Assembly (NCBI GenBank): GCA_964016885.1
Contig: OZ024742.1
Location: 310,868,001 to 310,932,000, forward strand
Source: Eledone cirrhosa
Taxonomy: Eukaryota
DNA length: 64,000 nucleotides
Direction of reading: 5' to 3'
This document shows, one piece after another, positions 1-12,129 of this stretch; within the stretch, counting starts at the first letter, position 1, and every line of letters starts with the position of its first letter. Both the position numbers and the translations under genes were made by a program. The notes beneath the pieces are model-generated. The model saw nothing but the letters and a program-made list of their open reading frames with translations, ran no database searches and was not told where the DNA came from.

Positions 1-136
1 ATGTGTAGTTACGGAATTAATGTTTGATTTTTCACTGCACACATATGTGCTTCAAGCTTTATATATATATGGAGGGTTGGGGCTTGTATGTCTGTATAAT
101 TGCGTGTATATGCATCTTTAAACACATACACACTCA

Positions 137-212
<76 letters not shown>

Positions 213-319
213 TATATTTATATGTATCTATGAATGTATATATAAGTGTGTGTATCTTCACCGCCAACGTGTTTTGCTCATATATTCCCTTTGAGCAAGA
301 CGTATACATGGACACACAC

Positions 320-402
<83 letters not shown>

Positions 403-406
<4 letters not shown>

Positions 407-1568
407 TGTATTTAATACAATAACAGAGATAGTTTAAAACTAAACTCTGACTGGTAACCATCTCACTCAACAAACATTAGGTTATATTAAAATATAAACC
501 CAATTTAAGTGTTTGGGGAGCTAACAATATGTATAATGTGGAAAAACCAGTTGTATTATTTTATGAGATATAATTAAAGTTAAAATATATCTCTCTTTCC
601 AAACAATTGTTTCATTATAAGTTTTCTACAAGTTTGGGAGAATGTTTCCAGTTTATGTAGAAGCCCAATATATATTCATGTAAGAATATATTTAGGTGGG
701 CACTTATAAATCATCAGTGGAAGCCCATTAAACATTGATATAAGAAAACAAATTTCTTACCGCTGTCAAAAATCATGTCCGTAAAGTTGCTCTCTCTCAC
801 CTCGAATGACCGCCAAATTTGAAATTCCAGCAGTTTTTGACTGAGGAAGTATCATAGCGACACGAAGCGGGAAGGGGAGACAACCCACGAAATGAGGAAA
901 AAAATAATATACACGCGGGTTAATTAGTTTTTTTGAAAACATTATCAATCCAACGTGTTTAAGAACTCAATTGAAAATAAAAAAATAAATATATGCTTGT
1001 ATAAATTACACACGCATATAGATATTTTCTTAGGCTAAATCAGAAGTTGTACCCGAATAAGAACCGCAGTAAATGCAGAAAGTTATGCTATAAAGGGCAA
1101 ATGGGAATATAATTCTCCGGCCGAATTATTAAGAGTAAAATATAAAACACACGCGGGTTAATTAGTTATTTCAAAACCAATATTAATTCCTCGTGTAAAG
1201 AACTCAATTAATAAAAGAAAATAAATACATATATGCATGTAATTATATACGTAGGCATATATATATATTTTCATAGGCTAAAAAACAGAGAAGTTACAAC
1301 CAAAAAAAGCCACAATATTTCACAACAGTAAATACGGAAAGTCAAATTCATAAGGTACCTGGAAATAAACACCTCTGGCCAATCAAGAGTAAATATTTAA
1401 TACAATAACAGAGATAGTTTAAAGCTAAACTCTGACTGGTAACCATCTCACTCAACAAACATTAGGTTATATTAAAATATAAACCCAATTTAAGTGTTTG
1501 GGGTGCTAACAATATGTATAATGTGAAAAAACCAGTTGTATTATTTTATGAGATATAATTAAAGTTAA
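403..1568 (-). mobile_element. Retrozyme-like HHR repeat, family A (985-bp unit plus partial second unit)
   Basis: TTTAATACAATAACAGAGATAG at 411 recurs at 1396 (period 985) and the match runs to ~1568. The end abuts (TA)n, it contains the HHR at 597-722, and an inverted second copy lies at 10600-11195. No credible ORF. Confidence 0.7.
597..722 (-). ncRNA. Type I hammerhead ribozyme (family A)
   Basis: Minus strand: TTCCA-CTGATGA-tTTATAAG..long insert..CTTATAAt-GAAA-CAATTG-TT-TGGAA. Stems I and II pair and stem III is palindromic. Confidence 0.75.
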
Positions 1569-1756
1569 TTGTTTCTACTTTTGGCACAAGGCCAGCAATT
1601 ACCCAGTACATTACTGGTACTTTATTTTATCGACCCCGTAAGGATGAAAGGCAAAGTTAACCTCAGCGGGATTTGAACTCAGAATGATAAGGGCCGTAAC
1701 TCTATGCGTCAAAGCATGGCGTCCGACCCTCTACCGATACTGCCAATCCACCGCCC
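1566..1756 (-). mobile_element. tRNA-derived SINE, full length (family S1)
   Basis: A-box-like TGGCAGTATCGG, B-box-like GAGTTCAAATC and body CATCCTTACGGGGTCGATAAAATAAAGTACC. 20-bp TSD GAGATATAATTAAAGTTAAT at 1550-1569 and 1757-1776. Confidence 0.9.
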
Positions 1757-1812
1757 GAGATATAATTAAAGTTAATGTATGTATTTTATATATATAAATG
1801 AATAAATATGTG

Positions 1813-1886
<74 letters not shown>

Positions 1887-2655
1887 TGTGTGTGTGTGTG
1901 TGTGATGAGTAGTTGTATGCATTATTCTATATGTAAATTTCATATCAGTACATAAGCAGTACGGGTTTTAACCGAAGCTGCGAGAAATGTGTAGGTAAAC
2001 ATGCATATCTATATATATACATACATATGTAGACATATAAATTGTTTTTGTATCTTAAAAAGATGAACAGCTTGACTCAAGCTTATGTTGTTTTTTTTTT
2101 TGGCCAGCATTAGAAATTATCCCACAATCCAAAGGGAAATACCTAACTAAAGACTTTATAAATCCAGTAATTGTGGCAGTAATAGAAAACTGATCTGCCA
2201 ACTTGTATCATTTTAGTGCTCATGCCAGCAGCTTATTAATATATACATTACATCATGAGCAGTTAAATCTCATACTGTTTATATTCGGATAAGAATTGGA
2301 GCTGTTAACTTTCTATATATTTATATATAATTGCAAAATTGGCAACAGATGAGACAGAAAAGAGTCAAACTTACAGGAACGGAAACGGTTAGGTGACTAG
2401 AGGACATAAAATGACACAGATGACAAAAATAATATGAATAGGACAAACAACGTTGTCCTCTTCGGCCATCGGAAATGGACGTACACAGTTTCAAGTTCTG
2501 GAGAATATAAACACTGTCTTAGAGTATTTTTCAGGACGAGGAACGGGACAAAAATTATATATATATATATACATATACATCGAGAGAGAGAGATAAGATG
2601 CTGGTAGTTAATCCCAGGGAAGCCATTATTCAACTTATGATCTCTTATAATCAGG

Positions 2656-2771
<116 letters not shown>

Positions 2772-4125
2772 GACAGAATGTATGTGAAAGACTGATTTAT
2801 AGACATGTATATCTAGAATACTAATGTTTTGGGTTATAGTTTTTATTCAAATTAAAAATAAACTGATATGTATTAACTGCTTGGGGCTTGTTTACTTACC
2901 AGTATCTACAACTTCCTTGGTTCATGTTTAGTTTTCTGTCTGGGAAATGAACTGAAGCCAGTCTGGTGCTACAATCTCGCTGAAATTTCAGCTGTAATAA
3001 GCGAAAATATCAGGGAACTTCGTGATGAGGCAGAGGCCTCTACATGGCTGCTTCATCTGTTAGATATAATAGCCAAATCTCTCGTATTTCATCCTACCAA
3101 ATGAAATATTTTGGTTAATACACTAACAGGGAAATATTTCAGGATGGTCAAGGTTTGAATATCTCTGCTCATAAGTCTGTCCAGTCAAGGTTTATGGGAC
3201 TAAAAAACAACAATAGCGACGCTCAACATTTAATTGATCTTTCTGTCCCTACCGAATCCTTCGTTTATAATGTAGTGCCTCATGAATAATTGTACTCAGT
3301 AAATTAAGTCTGCTGAACCGTTGTTAATATTGCAGCTGTTTAACCCCTATCAATAGTTAGCCTTGATCAAGAAGATCGATGATCCATCAAGTGCACTCTG
3401 GTCATAACTATCACATATTTTTATATCGCTAGTACAGCATCATCCAATTAAAATTTGATTTGTGAATTGAAGAATATATTGCCGATATGTCTTACAGACG
3501 GTTGAAACATATAACGATTCCATTGTACTTGTGACGACTTAGCTTTGCTTTTAAAGTCATACATCTCATCTCCAATTATCACGATATTTAGGAATTCAGG
3601 TTCTTTGTTGAGTAAATAATACAGTACCTTACTCGTTGGCTACCTGACATCGGCTGACACACCCAGTGAGCTCGCCAAAAAGTATGTGACTCCACATTGC
3701 ACTCTTTTGTCTCACTGGTGCTCTTATAAAAACAAATTAATCGGATACCTTTTAGACAAACTCGTATATAGATTATAGATAATCAATAGCTGTTCTTCAG
3801 AGAATACCTTGATAGTAGCAATATCATTACAGCTGAACAAACAGCTAGGAATAAAGAAGATTGGGGGAGACCTGATTAACTTCTAATCAAAAAAATTCTA
3901 AAGTTAGTTTTGCGGTGGAATAGGAAGAATTTGATCGCAGTTTAGCTGGATTACAAGAAAGATTAAATGTAATCTGAGTTTTTAGAATATTAATAATAAT
4001 ATTTGATTCATTTGTAATTATGCAAACAACCCTCATTTTTAAAGCCATATCAGTAGAATGAGCCCCTCATTCTTGCTCTTGTGTTGGCATGTAAACAGAA
4101 ATGCAGACATTAATGTTTCTGGTTA

Positions 4126-4210
4126 TTTCATCCTTACGGGGTCGATAAAATAAAGTACCAGTAATGAACTGGGTAATTGCTGGCCTTGTGCCTAAAGTAG
4201 AAACAATTAA
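4126..4210 (+). mobile_element. 5'-truncated S1 SINE
   Basis: 3' half of S1, with TSD ATTAATGTTTCTGGTTATT at 4109-4127 and 4206-4224. Confidence 0.85.
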
Positions 4211-5675
4211 TGTTTCTGGTTATTACTCTTCATCAGTACAGTTTACTGTTCAGCTGCCAACTGTCAGAGCTAGTGAAAATATATGATATTTTCTAAAATA
4301 TAGTGACTGATCGGCCTGATTTGCATACTAGCAGACTGGCTGATCAGTCAGATCTGCATATTAGCAGATCCACTGATTAGCCAGATTTGCATATCAGCAG
4401 ATCGGTCAGTCAGTTTCCTGTATACGAACGATCAATGGCCGGCTTTGCCATATTCAAATAAAAAAAATAAAAAAATTAATTCTACATGGCTGAATACAAT
4501 AAATGTAATCTGAGTTTTTCAAATATTAATAATAATATTCGAGTCGTTTGCAATTATGCAAACAAGGCTTATTTTTAAAGCCATGTCGGGGAAGATTCAT
4601 TTTGCCATACGAGTGTTGAAGGTATCACCCATATCTTCAAAAATATCAGCAAGCTACTAACTTTCCCTGAGATGATATACTTGCGAAATCTGTTTACAGT
4701 AAAAGGCATACTAGAACCAACATATATAAAATCTTTAATATAAGGATGACTGATGAAACATCTTGATAAATACAGCAACCCTGTTCAAACTAAATAGATC
4801 TGATACAAGTCTGTGGGACAGGGAACAAAAGCCATGCACTGTTCTAGAAGTCAGCTGCCTAGCGGCTGTGAATATATTGTTTACGCTTGAGGAAGAATAA
4901 ATCATATACGGTCATTTACTGAGGAGCCTTACAGCTCTTGTATCCTGACTATAAATTCACACATTAAAGGTGCACTGCGTGATATAGCTACAGATTTGAA
5001 TAAAAGCGTGGAAATGCTGAGATTTTCCAAGAATGAACAGGACATATTAATCCGCTTCCTCCAAATCCAATCGTTTGGCGATACAGACAATATTTTCAAA
5101 ACATTACAAAGATTTTTCACTTGAGCGTCCAACAATTAATATATGCACACAACTACGTGCATGCAAATGATACACACATACATAAAGAGTAATCATGCAC
5201 TCACACACACACACACAAACACATACACACACACTCACTCACACACACATACACACACACATGCACACATCTGCACACATCTGCACTACAGAAACATGTG
5301 TGCAAGAATATACACCTAAAAATGTGCACGCATTAACTCAGTCAATTTTGTAGAAATCATTGGAACTGTCTTGACTCAAACTAAAGGGGTATGTCAGTAT
5401 ATTAGTAACCGGGTTGAATTCTGAAAAGGACTTATATAAAACTACAAAGAAAAATAATACATCTGATAATGTATAGGCAATCAATCAAATATGAAAGAAA
5501 TATAAAACATTTGAATATATAGAAAGAGCAATTGAAGTTGATAGCAACCATTATAAAGTTTCAGTTCCCAAATATTATGGTTCAGAAAAAGAGTTAGTGT
5601 GTCTATTTTACCACCATACCCTTCTTTAGAGGTATTATATTATATCATTATATATATATATATATATATATCATC

Positions 5676-5853
<178 letters not shown>

Positions 5854-5922
5854 TATGAAGAGAGAAGAAACATTTAGATATAATTAGTAATAAAATGTAT
5901 CATACCTAAACTGCTCCTAAAT

Positions 5923-6010
5923 TCCTCGACTACGTAGTTTCGTGGCATAAACAAAAACAATATATCAAAGATATAGAGTCCTTGCGAGGTCTGCCGACTT
6001 ATCAAGAGGA
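5923..6010 (-). ncRNA. Type I hammerhead ribozyme, U3-A8 variant
   Basis: Minus strand: TCCTC-TTGATAA-GTcGGCA...TGCCAC-GAAA-CTACGTAG-TC-GAGGA, on a ~240-bp island between (TA)n tracts. Confidence 0.75.
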
Positions 6011-6096
6011 TACCTCATTTTACTAGTCTCAAGAACGCGTCTACACGACGTGAGAAAGAATCCCAAAAGGCGGAGGGGGAGATAGTCACGCGATAT

Positions 6097-6130
<34 letters not shown>

Positions 6131-6184
6131 ACATATATATATATACATATACATATATATATACATATACATATATATATATAC

Positions 6185-6294
<110 letters not shown>

Positions 6295-6334
6295 GTATAT
6301 ATATATATGTATATGTATATATATATGTATATAT

Positions 6335-6869
<535 letters not shown>

Positions 6870-7007
6870 AGTGTAAGTTTCTACACAAAACGAAGGTTAT
6901 AGAGAAAATTGAGGTTGGTAATGGCACATGGAATATATAAGAGACAGAATACTTTTTTGTGAAAAAACATATAATTTTATAAGGTAAGGAAAGAATAAAG
7001 GGTATAA

Positions 7008-7055
7008 AAAATGACCGGTTTCGATGGGTCTGCAAAAGCCATCTTTTCAAATGTT
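7008..7055 (-). ncRNA. Type I hammerhead ribozyme, U3-A8 variant (weak stem I)
   Basis: Minus strand: AACAT-TTGAAAA-GATGG..CCATC-GAAA-CCGG-TC-ATTTT. Confidence 0.6.
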
Positions 7056-7366
7056 GATTAATATTAAGAAAAATTAATAATAAGAAGAGTTCAAATTTGA
7101 GATTTGAAAATTCAAGTATAAAATTCAGTGTGGGATTTCATAGTAGTTTTCATCTTGGTAGCAGCAAGTTGACTGCTGTGTGTCCCTTTCTGGTAGTGAA
7201 TGAGGAATTATTTGTGGGGAGTGGGTTTTTTTAAGGTCAGATTTAGCAATGGCCAGATGGCCAGCTGCTGGTCAGTGAGGGGGTGGAAGCAATATACATA
7301 CATATATCTCCATGTGGTCGGTAGGAGAGGGGAGAGCGATAGAAAGGGATTTAGTGCACTTACACC

Positions 7367-7910
7367 TATATATACACATACCCTCATCCACACACACATA
7401 CATATACATACATATATATTTATATATATATATATATACACACACATACATACACACACACATACATATACATACACACATACACACACACACACACATA
7501 TACACATACACACACATATATATACACACACACATATATATACATACACATACATCCAGATACACACATACATACACACACACATACATACACATATATA
7601 TATATACACACACACACATACATACACACACACATATATACATACACACATACAAACACACACACACACACATATATACATATACACACACATATATATA
7701 CACACACACACACATATATATACATACACATACATCCAGATACACACATACATACACACACACACACACACACACTCACACACACACACATACATACACA
7801 TACATACATCCACATGCACACACATACACACACACACACATACACATACATACACCCACACACATAGAAAAATGGCCTCCAAATATATATATATACATAC
7901 ATACACATAT
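7367..7910. repeat. Compound (CA)n/(TA)n microsatellite with an internal duplication
   Basis: TACATCCAGATAC landmark at 7551 and 7731. It is representative of the many (TA)n, (CA)n, (TATG)n and (GA)n tracts across the window. Confidence 0.9.
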
Positions 7911-8275
7911 ATTTTTTCCATAATATAAGAAGTTAGAACAGTGAAATTAAAATACAAGTCATTCTGATCACATTGAGTTCTTCATGTAGATTGGGCCCCG
8001 CAACCGACAGTGGTGAATTCTGTGTGCGCATATATATATAGATATATGTGTGTGGACGTGCAGGGTTTAACATGAATGTGTTGGTCACACAAAGGCATGG
8101 TCTGTCAACGAATAAACCTGATTCTACAGAATTGGTCTCTGGTCTTTAATAGTAGTGATAATTATATACATGCACACATACACACACATATCTGTCACTC
8201 CGTGCGTATGTGTGTTTATATTTTATGACAATTCTATTGGGGTGATAACCCGTTTAGTTTTGGTTTAAATTTAAA

Positions 8276-8822
8276 TTTATGTATATATATATACATACTA
8301 CTGTACGTCTGTATACATATATGTATGTACGTATACCTAATTATATTTAAGTAACAGCCGTACTAAGAGTGAGAAATGAAATTTCGTTTCATTTTTTCCA
8401 TTTATCGTTTTCGGTGCGACTAACTCACTCGATATGCAAATTAGGCTGCTCAGCTGTTAATATGCATAAGGAAAGTATATACTTTCAGACGTTCAATCAT
8501 CTGGCAGAAAGCTATACGATGCTGACGATAGCTAATAAGCTTGAAACTAGTACATCGTTCCTTTGTCAGTGTTGAACAAAAGGGCAACGATGGTTGCTAA
8601 ATACTGTACGGCTTAATTCGGGCTGTTTGTTTACAAACAAACCGAGCATTATAATAAATGTTCGGTAAACCGATACGTGCATATATATATATACATTTAT
8701 GTATATATATACATACTACTGTACGTCTGTATACATATATGCATGTACGTATACATACTTATGTTTAAGTAACAGCCGTACTAAGAGTGAGAAATGAAAT
8801 TTCGTTTCATTTTTCCATTTAT
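8276..8822 (+). mobile_element. Retrozyme-like HHR repeat, family B (~418-bp unit plus partial second unit)
   Basis: CATACTACTG at 8294 and 8712. Ends ...TTTTCCATTTA then short (TA)n, contains the HHR at 8516-8558, and has a homologous copy at 39840-40543. Confidence 0.75.
8516..8558 (+). ncRNA. Minimal type I hammerhead ribozyme (family B)
   Basis: ACGATG-CTGACGA-tAGCT-aata-AGCTt-GAAA-CTAG-TA-CATCGT. Confidence 0.85.
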
Positions 8823-8836
8823 ATATATCATTATGA

Positions 8837-9987
8837 GGATTGGCAGTATCGATAGAGGGTCGAACGCCATGCTTTGAAGCATAGAGTTACGTCCCTTTAC
8901 GATCTGAGTTCAAATCGCGCCGATGTTCACTTTGCCTTTCATCCTTACGGGGTCGATAAAATAAAGTACCAGTAATGTACTGATTTGAGTGACTGGTTTG
9001 AGGTGGTTACTGGCGTGCGTCAAGGTTGCTCGCTCTCTCCAATTCTCTTTGGCATAGCCATTGACTGGGTACTAAGAAGAGCGTCTAAAGACCAGGGTAT
9101 ATCTTGGGTGGGAGAGCAAAAGTTGTCTGACCTGGACTTTGCGGACGATATTGCTGCACTTGCAGAGAGCACAGCTGACCTGCAAATCATTATGAACAAT
9201 ATCAATGTCGAAGCAGGAAGCTTAGGTCTCAATATCAGTGCCAAGAAGACCAAAAGCATGTTATCTGGGACACACCCACCACCAACCAGTGTCTTCATTG
9301 AACAGGGGGAGGTGAAGATAGTGGACAACTTCACCTACCTGGGAAGCTCCATTAACAATGAGGGCACCATGGACAGTGAACTGTCAATGTAGAATGGGAA
9401 AGGCTTCAGCAGCATTTAACCAGCTTGGCAAGATCTGGAAGAGCAGGAAGTTCACCCTCAAAACAAAGATGAGATTCTACAACAGCAACGTGCTGTCCAC
9501 ACTCTTGTACGGAAGTGAAACATGGCACCTTAAGACCAGCCAAGAGAAGAAGTTGGACGCATTTGATTCCAGGTGTCTGCAAAAGATCCTGGGGATTAAA
9601 TGGAGTGACCATGTAACAAACCAGGAAGTCAGGAACCGCACCAACCAGCAGCTAGTCTCTTCTACCATCTGCAAGCGACGCCTGGGCTGGTTTCGACACG
9701 CTTTGAGACTTCCTCCGGAGAGACTGGCGAACCAAGTACTTAAATGGAGCCCGCAGGGAAGCAGACGGAGAGGGCGACCCAAAATAAACTGGCGCCAAAC
9801 AGTTGAGGGGGACCTGCGAGCGACAAACAGACAATGGCGGGACGCTGTGCAACTGGCTGCTGACCGAACGCGATGGAACACTATGATTGCCTCATTCGTC
9901 GCAAGACGCGGGAGCTTCTGAGTCTGAGTCTGAGTCTGAATGTACTGGGTAATTGCTGGCCTTGTGCCAAACAAGTAGAAACAATTA
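8837..9987 (+). mobile_element. S1 SINE split by an RTE LINE (halves 8837-8982 and 9939-9987)
   Basis: The SINE consensus resumes exactly after the duplicated AATGTACTG. Outer TSD TATATCATTAT at 8824-8834 and 9986-9996. Confidence 0.9.
8983..9938 (+). pseudogene. 5'-truncated RTE-clade LINE, reverse transcriptase C-terminal half
   Basis: GVRQGCSLSP, DLDFADD, FTYLGS, LLYGSETW and RRRGRPK..W motifs in ORFs 8985-9392 and 9358-9921 (one frameshift). (CTGAGT)3 tail and 9-bp TSD at 8974-8982 and 9939-9947. Confidence 0.92.
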
Positions 9988-10015
9988 TATCATTATATAT
10001 ATATATATATACATT

Positions 10016-10052
<37 letters not shown>

Positions 10053-10061
<9 letters not shown>

Positions 10062-10461
10062 TAAAAGGAAAAGAAAATGCTGACAAACTTTTCCCAGTGA
10101 AAAATAGTTTAATTAGGAATAAGTAAAAATTAGTAATAGTATTAGTTAGTATTCAGTTTTGGTTTTAAGTTTTACCGGTTGCGCATTTCTAATGCTTTTC
10201 AAAAATAATTTTGAGATAGAGCGCCCGTGATGTTTGCGGATTAGAGCAAACATCACGGGTGCTCTATCTCAAAATTATTTTTGAAAAGCATTAGAAATGC
10301 GCAACCGGTAAAACTTAAAACCAAAACTGAATACTAACCAATACTTATTACTAATTTATACTTATTCCTAATTAAACTATTTTTAACTGGGAAAAATTTG
10401 TCACCATTTTCTTTTTCTTTTACCAATATATCATAACTCGTGTGTTACACCTCTATTCTTT

Positions 10462-10465
<4 letters not shown>
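10053..10465. mobile_element. Fold-back pLTR-like cassette with degenerate HHR
   Basis: Imperfect palindrome 10053-10431 with loop 10238-10245. TTT-TTGAAAA-GCATT-aga-AATGC-GCAA-CCGG-TA-AAA at 10278-10313 (GAAA changed to GCAA). Tail ACTCGTGTGTTACACCTC; lies in (TA)n. Confidence 0.65.
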
Positions 10466-10530
<65 letters not shown>

Positions 10531-10599
10531 TGACATATATATAAATCATGGTGGATTCGCAGGTTTGAAATTGGTTAGACCATTACTCAACAAAGTACT

Positions 10600-11194
10600 C
10601 ACACGCATATATTTATTTTTTTTATTTTCAATTGAGTTCTTAACACGTTGGATTGATAATGTTTTCGAAAAAACTAATTAACCCGCGTGTATATTATTTT
10701 TTTCCTCCTTTCGTGGATCGTAGTTGTCTCCCCTTCCCGCTTCGTGTGGCTATGATACTTCCTCAGTCAAAAACTGCTGGAATTTCAAATTTAGCGGTCA
10801 TTCGAGGCGAGAAGGAGCAACTTAACAGACACGATTTTTGACTGCGGTAAGAATTTCTTTCTTATATCAAAGTTTAATGGGCTTCCATTGATGATTTATA
10901 AGCGCCCACCTAAATATATTCTTACATGAATATATATTAGGCTTCTACATAAACTGGAAATATTCTCCCAACTTGTAGAAAACTTATAATGAAACAATTG
11001 TTTGGAAAGAGAGATATACTTTAACTTTAATTATATCTCATAAAATAATACAACTGGCTTTTCCACATTATACATATTGTTAGCACCCCAAACACTTAAA
11101 TTGGGTTTATATTTAAATATAACCGAATGTTTGTTGAGTGAGATGGTTACCAGTCAGAGTTTAGCTTTAAACTATCTCTGTTATTGTATTAAAT

Positions 11195-11195
<1 letters not shown>
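10600..11195 (+). mobile_element. Family A repeat, second (5'-truncated) copy
   Basis: Reverse-complement homolog of ~410-1000 with the same terminus GTTATTGTATTAAAT followed by (TA)n. Confidence 0.8.
10883..11007 (+). ncRNA. Type I hammerhead ribozyme (family A copy 2, C3>T)
   Basis: TTCCA-TTGATGA-tTTATAAG...CTTATAAt-GAAA-CAATTG-TT-TGGAA. Confidence 0.65.
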
Positions 11196-11228
<33 letters not shown>

Positions 11229-11254
11229 ATATACATATATATACATAATATATA

Positions 11255-11343
<89 letters not shown>

Positions 11344-12129
11344 ACGCGCGTGTGTGTGTATGTGTTTGTGAGTGTGTGTATTTATTTTGCAATGTTCTCA
11401 ATGTGAAATCGTCAGTTGGAACAGATATTGTCATAATTTGAAAGTCTTGCTGTCTATAAAAGCACACGCATCAGCTGAGTTTCACTCTTGTTTTATTAGT
11501 CAGGTAATTAATCAATCCCTCGAATAGTTTAGAAATCGGGTGGATATTTAATATATATTGAAGTTGAAGCTCTTTCGTAACACGTTCTGTGGCCAACTAA
11601 GTGATTATTGTTGCTTATTTGCATCTTTTCTTTAATATTTTTGTTTTCTTTACACAGAGGAACAAGAATAGTTTTTGAGAAGGTTACAGATTGCCCGAGG
11701 AAAGAGCTTTAAAAAGTTAGATAACGATCCGGTTACTAAACTAAAAATTGGGATTAGTTACCACACTGATATTATAACCGAAGCGAAACTCAACAGGTGC
11801 GTGTGTTTTTATTGGTAGCGTCGCTTTCCTAAACTATAATATACATATTGCCAAGAATATGAAGTGTAAGACTCAATTTGTGAGACATAAACAAACAGAT
11901 ACAAATGTAAAAATATACCTGGTTAGACGAAAGCGTTAGGGTTAAGGTTAGAAATATACGCAAACACATACACACACACTCGCAAAATACACAGACACAC
12001 ACACGATTGAGACACTACATTGATACGAATCAATGAGGATATTAAAATCTAGTCCATCTACATTCTGGAAACAATAACTAAATAAACCTCAAAGCGAAAA
12101 AAAATGATGCATTCGATAAAGAAGTCTTC

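Noticed and set aside
766-948. ORF with FPLRVAM (also 10653-10841), resembling a PIF1/Helitron helicase motif
   Set aside because: It lacks the following TINKSQG motif and any helicase context, and lies inside the non-coding family A HHR repeat.
11658-11797. Exon-like segment with a strong acceptor and CAG|GTGCGT donor
   Set aside because: All three frames contain stops. It could be a non-coding exon but has no support from sequence alone.
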